A DNA stretch of 64,000 nt from Ostreococcus lucimarinus (Eukaryota), in NCBI GenBank assembly GCA_000092065.1, contig CP000593.1, one strand, 5' to 3'. This document shows positions 48,558 to 58,365 of the stretch, piece after piece. Position 1 is the stretch's first letter; each line of letters starts with the position of its first letter. The position numbers were made by a program, and so were the translations under genes. A model generated the notes under the pieces. The model worked only from the letters and a program-made list of their open reading frames with translations. It ran no database searches and had not been told where the DNA came from.

Positions 48558-50627
48558 CTAAGAGTCCGCCTGTCGCGACGCGCGCCGTCGCATGGACGAC
48601 GCGAGCTCCGCTTTGCGCAAGCGAATCGCTTTCGGTGTCACTTCTATGAGTTCATCTGTACCTACGTATCCGATAGCGCTCTCGAGATCTATTACCTTCG
48701 GTGGCGTCAATCGAATCGTTTCGTCGTTGCCGCTCGCACGCATATTTGTTAATTTCTTCTCCTTCGTCGGGTTGACCTCGAGATCGTTCTCGCGAGTGTG
48801 CTCGCCGATGATCATCCCGGCGTACACTTCAGACGCGGGGCCGACGAAGAGCGTACCGCGAGGCTCGAGCGCGCCGAGCGAGTACGTCGTCGTCACCCCT
48901 GATGTCGTGCTAATCAGTTTGCCCTTTTTTGCCTTGCCAATTGCGCCTCGTGAGGGTCCGTACGAGTCGAACGCTCGTTGCATGACTCCATTGCCGCGCG
49001 TCGCGTTGATGAACTCTTGTCGAAAGCCTATGAGACCTCGACTCGGCACGTAAAACGTCAAGCGCGTGCGGCCGTCTTCGCCAGCGTTCGTATCCATATC
49101 GAGAAGATCTCCTTTTCGCTGTGTCACGGCGTCTATGACGCCACCGCAGTCGTTCGCGTCGCACTCCAGCAACACGCTTTCGAAGGGTTCAGTTCGACGG
49201 CCTTCATCATCAATGCCTTGGATGACGCGAGGCGGCGAAACGGAAAGCTCAAAACCTTCTCGTCGTAGTTTTTCAATGATGATGCCAAGATGCAGTTCGC
49301 CGCGCCCGCTGACTTGCAGTCCCGGGATCCCGTCCTCATCGGATGAATCGCTGACTCGCAGCGAAACATCGGTGTCCGCCTCGGCGCGGAGTCGCTCTTC
49401 AATTTGTCGTTCCGTCAGTTGATTCCCTTCCTTACCGGCCAAACTCGACGTGTTTACACCAAATGTCATACTCAGCGTGGGTGGATCAACGGGCGTCGAC
49501 GGCAACGGCTCGCGCCTCTCTGGCGAGCAAAGCGTATCCGCCACCGTCGCGTCGCCAAAACCAGCGGCAATCGTCACGATGTCTCCAGCCTTGGCTTCCT
49601 TCACGGCGACGCGTTCTAAATTCCTGGATGTAAAAATCTTTTGTACGCGGACTGTTTCGCGAACGACGCCATCCCCAAGCGTGAGAACCTTGAGCGTGTC
49701 TCCGATACCGAGCGCGCCATCGAAGACTCGTCCGGTGACGAGCCGCCCGAAGAACGGATCGCGTTCAATCATCGATACCAGCAAGGCGAACGGCTGTTGA
49801 GTACAGCCGCGCGGTGCAGGAACGTGATCGAGAACCCCCTGTAATATAGCGTCCACCGACCCGTTCCCTTCGACTATTTGTTTTTGTGCTTCTTCAAGCG
49901 ACGTGCTCGCGACGCCCGCACGCGCGCTCGCGTAGACGACGGTGAAATCCAACTGCGCATCGTCAGCACCCATCGCCGCGAATAAATCAAAGAGGTCAGA
50001 CTCCACCGCATCGCACAACGCTCGCGTGACACCATCGCGATCGACCTTGTTCAGCACGACGAGCGGTTTCAGTCCCTTCTGTAACGCTTTACGGACGACG
50101 AATTTCGTCTGCGTCATGACGCCTTCGAACGGGTCGACGACTAGAAGCGCGCCGTCCACGAGCTCGAGCGCACGCTCGACTTCACCGCCGAAATCGGCGT
50201 GACCTGGGGTATCGACGATATGAAGTGTCGCGTTTTTGTACGACACGGCGGTATACTTGGCGGCTATCGTGATTCCTCGCTCCTTTTCGAGCTGCATGTT
50301 GTCCATGGCGCGCTCCTCCACTCTCGCCTCGGACGTCGAGCGAATGAGCTGGTCCAACAAAGTTGTCTTTCCATGGTCGACGTGGGCGATGATTGCCACG
50401 TTTCGCGTCGACGATGATGTCGTCGACGCGCGCCGTCTCCACGATCGCGCGTAGACGCAGTCTCGAACCAACGTCTGCGTCGTCGCGTGTCGCGTGAGCA
50501 CAGTCGCGGCGGCGCTTCGCATCATCTTGCGCACCGCCGTCGCTGTCGACGACATCGGACGGGACCTAGTCGCGACGAAGGAGCGTACGGACGAAACCAC
50601 GACGCGACGGAGCGATGTGCGACACAC
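48558..50627 (-). CDS. typA: TypA/BipA translational GTPase with organellar presequence
   Basis: VAIIAHVDHGKTTLLDQL…DNMQLEKERGITIAAKYTAVSYKNATLHIVDTPGHADFGGEVER…NKVDRDG and the BipA-specific C-terminal domain. About 70-aa R/S/T-rich presequence. Confidence 0.9.
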   Translation of the reverse strand: MCRTSLRRVVVSSVRSFVATRSRPMSSTATAVRKMMRSAAATVLTRHATTQTLVRDCVYARSWRRRASTTSSSTRNVAIIAHVDHGKTTLLDQLIRSTSEARVEERAMDNMQLEKERGITIAAKYTAVSYKNATLHIVDTPGHADFGGEVERALELVDGALLVVDPFEGVMTQTKFVVRKALQKGLKPLVVLNKVDRDGVTRALCDAVESDLFDLFAAMGADDAQLDFTVVYASARAGVASTSLEEAQKQIVEGNGSVDAILQGVLDHVPAPRGCTQQPFALLVSMIERDPFFGRLVTGRVFDGALGIGDTLKVLTLGDGVVRETVRVQKIFTSRNLERVAVKEAKAGDIVTIAAGFGDATVADTLCSPERREPLPSTPVDPPTLSMTFGVNTSSLAGKEGNQLTERQIEERLRAEADTDVSLRVSDSSDEDGIPGLQVSGRGELHLGIIIEKLRREGFELSVSPPRVIQGIDDEGRRTEPFESVLLECDANDCGGVIDAVTQRKGDLLDMDTNAGEDGRTRLTFYVPSRGLIGFRQEFINATRGNGVMQRAFDSYGPSRGAIGKAKKGKLISTTSGVTTTYSLGALEPRGTLFVGPASEVYAGMIIGEHTRENDLEVNPTKEKKLTNMRASGNDETIRLTPPKVIDLESAIGYVGTDELIEVTPKAIRLRKAELASSMRRRASRQADS

Positions 50628-50757
50628 GCGCGGCGCTCACGCGACGTCGTCGTCGTGGAATGGCGCTCGGCCTTTCGGGGTCAGAGAGTCTTCACTTTTC
50701 GCCACTCGCGATGACGGCGACGACGTGAATCAACACCGACGTCGCGCGACGCGAGCG

Positions 50758-52404
50758 ATGTCGCCACCGCTGGTACCGTTCGTGGTGTGCGGCACGAAGA
50801 AAGGTTCGGTGCCGTTCGCGCGCGTGAAGACGAAATACGGCAAGACGCACACGAGAATTGACAACTGCTCGGGCGATGTTTCGCTGCTGTTGTCGACGCT
50901 CACGCGCGCGCTCGGATGTGGTGGAAGCGTGTGCGATGATAAGAAATCCGTCGTCATCGCGTTCGACGAATCTTTCGATCGCATCGTGAAAGTACTGAAG
51001 TCGTTCGACCCGCGGTGCGTACGCGGCGTGCGCGGTGCCGAGACGAGCGTTCCCGTCTCGAGAGCGAGCGCGAGCGCGCCGACGAGAGAGCCGAGGACAA
51101 AGCCGCGACACGGTGCGACGGGGAGTGGGAAAGGTGTGAGTGGTGCTGCGGGGCGTGCCGAACCGATCGTCATAACGAAGCGAGGCGCGCATGAGAGCGC
51201 TAAACAGTCCATCGACGGATACCGCTTGCTCTTGAGCAGGTGGCCGTACTGGGACGGCGACGTTTCGAGAATGTACGACATGTATCACAGACATCGAAGG
51301 CTTAATGACGATGTGGTGATGTCGTTCGATGCAGACTCGATTCTGCAATCCAGTGCGACGGACACGAACGCGATGAGCGACTTCGACCGCGCGGCGCAAT
51401 GCGCTTCGACGGAGGATGCGCTTCGGACGCTTGGCATGTTAGCTATGCCAAGCGAGTTTCGTCAATCGCGGCTCGAACGACAGCGCGAGGCCGCGAAGAG
51501 GAAAGAAAGCGTCGCACGTGTGTCGAGTGGGCCCAAAACGTCTTCCGCGGTTGTCGACATTGATCCGTTTGCTGAATACTTGCAGCACGATCGTGGGTTT
51601 GCGCCGGCGCGCGTTTCGTCAAAGCCCGCCGGCGTAAGTAGTCCACCGCCGTCGATGAGGACGGCGAAGCCCGCGCGAAGACCAACTGGAGGTTCTTACA
51701 CGAATGCTCGGAAGCACGGTGCTTCGACGTCGGTGTCGAGGCTCGCACGTGTTCCATCGTCCGAGTCCGATGACGACATTGTGCCGGCGCGCAGGCGCCG
51801 AGACTTCGACGTTGGTTTCAGGCGCACGGCGAGCGGAAAGTTTACATTTGGCGGAGAGGATCGAACGCAGACGCGCGTCGCATTTGAGCCGCAAGTCCAC
51901 GTAGCGCAAAGTCGGAATCACGAGGACGACTTTCGCGCTGACATCGAGCGTTGGCCACAACTACAGCCGGAGACAAACGACAACGCAGAAGATGAGCAAA
52001 TCGCCGAGGCGATACGCTTATCGAAGCTCGAGTTTAAAAAGCAATCGCGCGAGCACAACTCGGCGCGGGCCATGCACATCGAGTGCGATGAGCTCTTCGG
52101 CGACATGACGGAGGAAGAAATCGTCGCCCTCGTCGTTCGCATGTCGCAGGAAGAGACGACGAGCGAGGCTGCTTTGCCAATGCCGACAAAGACGGAGTGG
52201 GTGAACGCGCGTCTCGGCGAAATATTTTTCCCCGACATCGAGCGCGCGAGACAGGTTGCGGAAATATTCAGAGCGACTGAAACCGACCGAAATGCGACTA
52301 TCGATTTGCTCATTGGTGCCGGCGCAGCGGAGAGCGACGCTAAAGCGTTTTGGGAATTGTTTGACGCCGTCACGCTGACGGATAACGATAGCCACGTAGA
52401 TTAG
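50758..52404 (+). CDS. protein with N-terminal SUI1/eIF1-like fold, central UIM-like motifs and a C-terminal CUE/UBA-like helix bundle; tentative
   Basis: N-terminus VVCGTKKGSVPFARVKTKYGKTHTRIDNCSGDVSLLLSTLTRALGCGGSVCDDKKSVVIAFDESFDRIVKVLKSF follows the SUI1 pattern (K..T.I.N……L…LGCGG.V……VI…D…V). Acidic-hydrophobic-Ser UIM-like motifs EDEQIAEAIRLSKLEF and TEEEIVALVVRMSQEE. C-terminus RARQVAEIFRATETDRNATIDLLIGAG is CUE/UBA-like. The 5-prime part of track ORF 50494..52404 is rejected. Confidence 0.55.
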   Translation: MSPPLVPFVVCGTKKGSVPFARVKTKYGKTHTRIDNCSGDVSLLLSTLTRALGCGGSVCDDKKSVVIAFDESFDRIVKVLKSFDPRCVRGVRGAETSVPVSRASASAPTREPRTKPRHGATGSGKGVSGAAGRAEPIVITKRGAHESAKQSIDGYRLLLSRWPYWDGDVSRMYDMYHRHRRLNDDVVMSFDADSILQSSATDTNAMSDFDRAAQCASTEDALRTLGMLAMPSEFRQSRLERQREAAKRKESVARVSSGPKTSSAVVDIDPFAEYLQHDRGFAPARVSSKPAGVSSPPPSMRTAKPARRPTGGSYTNARKHGASTSVSRLARVPSSESDDDIVPARRRRDFDVGFRRTASGKFTFGGEDRTQTRVAFEPQVHVAQSRNHEDDFRADIERWPQLQPETNDNAEDEQIAEAIRLSKLEFKKQSREHNSARAMHIECDELFGDMTEEEIVALVVRMSQEETTSEAALPMPTKTEWVNARLGEIFFPDIERARQVAEIFRATETDRNATIDLLIGAGAAESDAKAFWELFDAVTLTDNDSHVD

Positions 52405-52477
52405 AACGTAGAAAACGATCCCCGCGCACGTACTACTTACGTATCACATAAAAAGCTACGGTGTGCTTCGGCGATGC

Positions 52478-53914
52478 CTATTTGCTCAGCCACGAGTGTT
52501 TCGCTGCGCCTTCGCCATCGAGACGCACCCACGCGAAGGTTTCCTTCTCGTCACCTTCGACTTGTACTTTGTATCTATTCTTCGCGGCATCATAGTCCAC
52601 CACAGTGGCCTTGACTTTTTGTTTCTTCTTGCGCGACTTAACGACTTTCCCATTCACCATGATTTCCACGCGAAGTCGGCGATGCAAATTCTTTTTCGAC
52701 GTCTTCGCCGCGTCGAGCGTGCCTCGACACTTGGGATGCCCACACATGCACACGAACGACGTCCCCTTTTCATCGCCAAAGTGCGCAAAGTTGTAATCGT
52801 ACGTCAGCTCGGTCCCACTCGCGATGTCTTCGGTGGCAAAGATACCGACTCTCGTCTCGTTCGTCGAAGCGTCGACCCACCGCTGCGTTTCGCAGTTTGG
52901 GTGACAGCTGCTATTGATAAATCTCGCGATCGAGCCCTTAAACTTGGCGTCGATGACGTAGTTTGCGGATATTTCCATCAAGTAAAAGTTCTCTTCCCCC
53001 GACTGCTTGTCGTACCAAAGCCGTTCGGCGCATTCGTGCTCGTCTAAAATCTCACCCGCGTACTCAACGATGAAGGTTCCCGCGCGCACGGGCTCTTGCA
53101 AAGTCAATCCCCAACCTCTGTTTTCTGTGCGAATAATCTTCGTCTTTGGCGCCGGTAACTGACTCAACGGGCGATTACTGCACGCGTCCCCACACGGACA
53201 CGTTCGGCTGTCGCAACTAAATCGCAATTTTCTATTCAAGCACTCTTGCCCGCATCCGTCGCGAATCGTCTCGCTGTCGCCGCGCGACGGCGGCGGATGG
53301 CAGTCGCACACCGCGGTTTCAGACTTGTGCAGTTTCACCGGCGGCGGTCTGCTGACGAAAACGCTGCGATGGATGCGCTCAAAAGGAGGTGGTTTTCCGA
53401 GCGAAAGCACGCTCAACGTGGGCGTGTATTCCTTGCGTTCGCCGCCGACGAACGTTTTGGACATGCGAGGAAACTCAAACTCGTCGGCGCCGGCGTCTTT
53501 GACTTCCTCACGCTCGTCGAATGTATCTTTGGCCGCGTCGCCGCGTCGCGGCTTCTTATTCTTCTCAGACAACGTCCCCGCCGAATCGTGAGTTCTCTTC
53601 GCCGGCTCTTCGCGCGGTGCTGGAAGCGGCATGCTCCACCAAAGCGCGCCCGCCGCGACTTCGCTCGTCAAATCGCCTCGCTCTACGTACGCCCGCGCGT
53701 TTGTCACAGCCGTCTTGTGCGCCTTGGCCACCCCTTTTTCATCCAACCGTCGCGCTAACCCTTCCGCCCACGCTATCGCAGCCGGCGCGTTCGGTTTCTC
53801 GAGCTGGTAATACCCGCCGTAGCCAAAGTACTGAAACGCGCGCGCGCCTGGATGCTTTTCAAAGACCGCCGCCGCGCCCGGCACGCGCGCGCGCGCCGCG
53901 TCTCGTCCCACCAC
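52478..53914 (-). CDS. SET-domain histone lysine methyltransferase, AWS-SET-postSET (ASH1/SET2-class, H3K36-type) with C-terminal Tudor/chromo-like barrel
   Basis: AWS Cys cluster (CDCHPPPSRGDS…CGQECLNRKLRFSCDSRTCPCGDACSNRP). SET core (ENRGWGL…GTFIVEYAGEIL…FINSSCHPNCETQRW…ELTYDY) and post-SET CMCGHPKCRG. C-terminus …VVDYDAAKNRYKVQVEGDEKETFAWVRLD. Confidence 0.85.
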   Translation of the reverse strand: MVGRDAARARVPGAAAVFEKHPGARAFQYFGYGGYYQLEKPNAPAAIAWAEGLARRLDEKGVAKAHKTAVTNARAYVERGDLTSEVAAGALWWSMPLPAPREEPAKRTHDSAGTLSEKNKKPRRGDAAKDTFDEREEVKDAGADEFEFPRMSKTFVGGERKEYTPTLSVLSLGKPPPFERIHRSVFVSRPPPVKLHKSETAVCDCHPPPSRGDSETIRDGCGQECLNRKLRFSCDSRTCPCGDACSNRPLSQLPAPKTKIIRTENRGWGLTLQEPVRAGTFIVEYAGEILDEHECAERLWYDKQSGEENFYLMEISANYVIDAKFKGSIARFINSSCHPNCETQRWVDASTNETRVGIFATEDIASGTELTYDYNFAHFGDEKGTSFVCMCGHPKCRGTLDAAKTSKKNLHRRLRVEIMVNGKVVKSRKKKQKVKATVVDYDAAKNRYKVQVEGDEKETFAWVRLDGEGAAKHSWLSK

Positions 53915-54384
53915 GTGCGCGGGCCAAAACCGCTCCCCTTTCCCGTACTGCGCCGACGCGTCGAGAGTCGGTCGTCGTCCCTCGGTCAGTCTTTCGCCTC
54001 TACGCGTCGCATCGATTCAGCACCGATTCAACGTCGGTCTCGCCCGTCGTTGATTTTTGAACTCGTGGAAATCACCGTTTTCACTCGCGCGCGGTCGTGC
54101 GAGCGCGCGCTGTCGTCGCACCTTGACCCAAACCACTTCGCGTTCGTACTTTGTCGTCGTCATCGTCGTCGATCGACACGCGCGAGGCGTCGCGACGCCG
54201 AGTGCGGCCGCATCGCGCGCCCGTCGCCGAACCAGCCGTCTGTCGGTGTCGCGCGAAATTTCAGCGCGGCACGATTTTGTTTGAGGATGACCTAGGGTTT
54301 ACGATTTCTAACTGTTTACCCATACGACGCCGTCGCCGCGCGCGCCGCGCGCGCGTTCGATCGTCACATCGCGACCGACGCACG

Positions 54385-54710
54385 ATGTCGTCGAGCGGTG
54401 CGACGCATCGCGCGCGCGCGCGCCTCGCGCGGGCTATTTCCAAGCTCAGCGCCGCGTCGTCCTCGATCGCGTCGAGCGCGACGACGAGCGCGACGACGCC
54501 GTTGTTCCGACCGGCGACGAGCCGGGGGTTCGCCGCGCGCGCGACGATCGACAGGGCGCACGCGTCCGCGTCGTTCGCGTCGAGCGCGATCGATTCGCGG
54601 GAAAGAGGTGCGCGAAATTCGTATCGCTCGTTCGCGGGCGCGGACGTCTCGCGCCGGCGCGTCGCGTTGCACGCGAGCGCGTTGATTCGATCGCGAACGT
54701 CTCCACGCCT
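54385..54710 (+). CDS. putative exon 1 (mitochondrial presequence) of the Rieske Fe-S protein gene; splice junction unresolved
   Basis: ATG near 54385 opens [61 protein letters not shown]…, a classic R/S/A/T presequence. It ends at a strong donor-like CCTGTAAGA near 54711. The reading frame differs from exon 2; see finding. Confidence 0.45.
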
Positions 54711-54792
54711 GTAAGATCGACTCGATCGAGCGATCGGCGAACGCCGCGAACGCAGACTGACGGACGCGCGCGCGCATCGCGGACCACGACAG

Positions 54793-55406
54793 GTTACGCC
54801 ACGACTGCGGTGAACTCGGGATCGATCGCGCGGGCGGTGAAGACGCCGGCGCACACGATCGACTACGACGTGTCGAATCACACCGTGGCGCGAGCGGGGG
54901 ACCCGGATAAGCGCGCGTTCACGTACTTCGTCATGACGGGCGGTCGCATGATTTACGCCAGCGCGTTGCGGTTGGCGGTGTTGAAGTTTTTGCTCTCGAT
55001 GAGCGCGACCGCCGACGTTCTCGCGCTCGCCTCGCTCGAAGTTGACTTGAGCAAGGTTGAGCTCGGGAGCACCGTGACGGTGAAGTGGAGAGGGAAACCG
55101 GTGTTCATCCGACGACGCACACCGGCTGAAATCGCGAAAGAGGAATCCGTGGACGTCGCTTCGCTGCGCGATCCGCAAGCCGACTCCGAGCGCGCGCCCA
55201 ATCAAGAGTGGCTCGTAGCCGTCGGCGTGTGCACGCACCTCGGTTGCGTCCCGATCGCAAACGCGGGTGATTACAACGGTTGGTTTTGCCCGTGCCACGG
55301 CAGTCATTACGACGCAAGTGGTCGCATTCGTAAGGGACCGGCGCCGGAGAACCTCGAGATTCCTGAATACAAGTTTTTGGACGGCGACAAAATGCTCATC
55401 GGTTAG
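54793..55406 (+). CDS. ubiquinol-cytochrome c reductase Rieske iron-sulfur subunit, mature part
   Basis: [12 protein letters not shown]…[11 protein letters not shown]…TM helix…[13 protein letters not shown]…[49 protein letters not shown] is near-identical to mitochondrial Rieske proteins. The frame has no ATG upstream back to an AG at about 54791, so an upstream exon is required. Confidence 0.9.
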
Positions 55407-55542
55407 ATTTGCGGCGCGCGCCGCAGAGCCGAATTCGTCGCCTCACATTAGCTTTATAATTACCTAGTCGCTGTCAAAGAATCTGAACAATCTATGTCTC
55501 TAATAACAATCACGTCTACGCCCGCGCGACGCGATCGCGTCG

Positions 55543-55899
55543 TCAAATAACCGTCTTCGTCCCAGCCTTGCGTTGCGCCGCGCGACGCTTCGGCTTCTTT
55601 TTCGTCTCCGCGGCCAAAGGTTCCGGCGTTCCCTCGCGCGCTTTCAATCGCCCCGTGCTCGCGCGCCACTTCATCCCGTCCTTCGAGCCGTAAATCCACT
55701 CCCAATGCGGCACGACGATCGCAACCGTTCCGCACACTCCCCCAAAGTATATGCGTTTCAAGAGGTCGTAATCACTCGCGAACCAGCCGCACGCGAACGC
55801 GACGATCGCCGATGTCGACAGCGCCACGAGCGCCAGGCGCTCGCTCAGTCGTTGCGCGCGGTAGTGCATCCCGCGATGCGATGCGCCGTTCGACGTCAT
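55543..55899 (-). CDS. signal peptidase complex subunit 1 (SPCS1/SPC12)
   Basis: MHYRAQRLSERLALVALSTSAIVAFACGWFASDYDLL…VAIVVPHWEWIY…GMKWR with a basic tail parallels SPCS1 (MDYKGQKLAE…FSAIVGFIYGY…PPWPIY…PLKW). Two TM helices. ATG MTSNGAS near 55899; the track ORF extends to 55959. Confidence 0.7.
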   Translation of the reverse strand: MTSNGASHRGMHYRAQRLSERLALVALSTSAIVAFACGWFASDYDLLKRIYFGGVCGTVAIVVPHWEWIYGSKDGMKWRASTGRLKAREGTPEPLAAETKKKPKRRAAQRKAGTKTVI

Positions 55900-56042
55900 C
55901 ACGCGTCGCGCACTGACGCACGAGGTGGGACGGGTGCGGCCGCGAAGGTCCCGTCCCACGGGTGCGGCCGCACAAGGCGTCGTCGTCGTCGTCGTCGTCG
56001 TCGAGGCCCGCGACGCGCGAGCGCTGAGAGTACATCGCGATC

Positions 56043-56555
56043 ATGTCGACCTCGTACGCGCACGGCGCCACGGTGACGAAAGGGACGACGGCGAGCGGTG
56101 AAAGCTTTCGCGGTGAAATCTTCGCGTACGACGATGGCGCAAAGTTGCTCGTCGTGCGCACGCCCGGTGAGATATCGAACTCGTACGATTTGAAGTTCGT
56201 CAACGTCGCGGGCGCGAAAGACATCGAGATCGACGCGTCGACGGCGAAGGATCCCGAGGCGTTGCCAACCGTGGACGATCCTCGACGCGAGCGCCGCTTC
56301 GAGGCGGCGTGCCGAGCGGCGAAAACCGCGGGCGACAACATCGGCGAAAACGTCAGCGCTTTGGCGCAGGACGTGTTTGACGCTTTAGCTCGAACGTTGC
56401 CGTGCAAGTGGAATAAGGACGTCATCGTCGTCATGGATGAGGTCGACGTCGTCGGACCCAAGTACGACGCGGCGAGCGGGTCGGGACAGACGCCGGGAGC
56501 GCTGGAGCGAGTGCAAAAGGTGCTCGAACTCGAGCGCGCCAAGCTCGGGCTTTGA
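56043..56555 (+). CDS. LSM12 homolog (Sm-like + anticodon-binding AD domain)
   Basis: GEIFAYDDGAKLLVVRTPGE…DLKFVNVAGAKDIEID aligns to LSM12 GEVVAFDYQSKMLAL…LINLQYVSEVEII. LPCKWNKDVIVVMDEVDVVGPKY aligns to [22 protein letters not shown]. Confidence 0.75.
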   Translation: MSTSYAHGATVTKGTTASGESFRGEIFAYDDGAKLLVVRTPGEISNSYDLKFVNVAGAKDIEIDASTAKDPEALPTVDDPRRERRFEAACRAAKTAGDNIGENVSALAQDVFDALARTLPCKWNKDVIVVMDEVDVVGPKYDAASGSGQTPGALERVQKVLELERAKLGL

Positions 56556-56809
56556 TCCTGAGATCCGTGTAATACTTTACAGAGTTTGTTAGGCTACGTG
56601 CAGGATTATTGACCTATGCGCGTCGCAAGCTCGACGCCCTGAAAGCGGCGGTGCAAACACCGCTCAGCAGACGGCGACAAGTTGGGTGAATCGCTGTTCA
56701 TTCTGAATCTTTAATTCTTCGAGCGCGATCGTTCATTTGCGATCCCCGTGTGGTTCACACATCTCGCGCGTTTCCGCGGCCTCTCAATGTTTCCTCGGTC
56801 GCGTTACGA

Positions 56810-58137
56810 TCATCGTCGGCGTAAGTCGGCGACTCGGTCGGGAGCGATCCACGTCGTCGGACTCTTGTCCGCGATCGCCTTGCTCCGGCGCTTGAGCTCG
56901 GCGCACAGAGGGTGCTCGCTCGCGGGTCGGTACTTTTCCGCATCCTTGCCCGCGGCGAGCGCGTGCTTGCCGGGGACGACGTGCTGCCACCAAAATTCGC
57001 TGCAGCATTCGTACAGTAGATTCCAATAATCGTGATCGCGCTCGACGCGGTAAATTGCGACACCACCGTTGACGGTGTACGAAACTAAATCGCACCACGG
57101 ACGATCGAAAACAGCCATCAATCCTTGCACTTGAGGGACGTAGTACCACGGCACCTTGGCGTACGGCGACGCCGTCGTCGGCGAGCCTTTGTTGAAAGGA
57201 CACTTTATTTCGAGCACGCCGCCGATTTCACCGTCCACGTCCGCGGCGTTCGTGCCGATCAACCCGTCGGGGGAAGCCCCGATCCACAGTTCGGCGTCGT
57301 CGGCGCTCAAAACGTTGAATAAAAGATGCGAAACTTTTCTCCCGGCGAAGGCTTCGTACACGCGCACGGCTTCGTCCTCCTTGGACGATCCCCACTCGGT
57401 GGCCTCGTTCCCGGCGAATCCCTCGCGAAGTCCTAGCTTTTCTTCCCAAAGCTCGTTACGACCTTCGCGCCAAAATCCAATCGCGTTCCCGAACGCCGAT
57501 GCCGTCAACCTGGACGCGCGAAGCTGAAACCACGCGTTGGTGCCTTGTTCTTGCGACGCGTCGTCGTCGCCGTTCGCTTTGTTTCGCATCACGGCTTCAA
57601 CCTCTCGTTGACGAATGTGACCTTGTTCCAGCGCGTGTTTCCAAGCGTCGCCCTCGATGATGCTCTGCTTGCCCGCCGGCTTCGTCGTCGGCGTCTCCGT
57701 CGGCGTCTTCGTCGGCGTCTCCGTCGTCCCGTTCAACAAATCTCTCGCCGCGTGCAGCGCGCGTTCGCGTTGCCGCGCGTTTAACCCCTCGTACTTGGCG
57801 AACGCGCTCGCGCACTCCTCGTCCCACTTCGCCCGTCGCGCATCGTCCACCGCACCGATCTCTTCCCCCATCGTCACTAATTCGTTCCTCGCAAACTCAC
57901 TAAACGTCGACGTCTTCCCTCGCACGTCCACGCACCCGCTCGCGAGTTCGAATCGCAACGCCTTCAACGCGCGTTCGACGCGAGGCGACGCGATCGCGTC
58001 ATCGCCCGAACGCGTCGAACTCGCTCGCGCGTCATCCATCACCGACCGCGTCGTCGTCGTCGCGTCGATCGACGCTCGCCACCCCCGTCGCGCGCGCGCG
58101 CGCGCGTCGCGACACATTCGTCGCGACGCCTCGCGCA

Positions 58138-58138
<1 letters not shown>
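56810..58138 (-). CDS. YqaJ-type (lambda-exonuclease-like, PD-(D/E)XK) nuclease domain protein with long N-terminal extension
   Basis: C-terminal domain WFQLRASRLTASAFGNAIG…GSSKEDEAVRVYEAF…SPDGLIG…GVLEIKCPF…VPWYYVPQVQGLMAV matches the YqaJ viral-recombinase-type exonuclease fold. In-frame ATGs near 58138 (MREASRRM, after a Thr11 tract) and 58039 (MDD). The track ORF start 58351 would read through the (GAAC)n repeat as SFVRSFVR, which is rejected. Confidence 0.6.
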
Positions 58139-58171
<33 letters not shown>

Positions 58172-58284
58172 TCGATGCGCGCGCGCGCTGCAAGACGGTG
58201 CGAGCGCGCGCGTCGCCCCTCTCGCGCGCATGCGCCGTCGCCGATTCGCGTCGCCGATCGACGCGCGCCGATCGATGCCGCGCC

Positions 58285-58330
58285 GAACGAACGAACGAAC
58301 GAACGAACGAACGAACGAACGAACGAACGA
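58285..58330. repeat. (GAAC)n tetranucleotide microsatellite, about 11.5 units
   Basis: Read directly: gaacgaacgaac… It lies between the divergent YqaJ-nuclease (-) and NAA50 (+) genes, about 35 nt upstream of the NAA50 ATG. Confidence 0.9.
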
Positions 58331-58365
58331 CATCGCGTCGCGTCGTCGCACCGCGTCACATTGCG

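Noticed and set aside
57660-57730. 12-nt tandem repeat CGTCGGCGTCTC x4 as a non-coding repeat
   Set aside because: It lies inside the YqaJ-nuclease CDS and is translated in frame as TPTKTPTETPTT. It is coding low-complexity, not a separate element.
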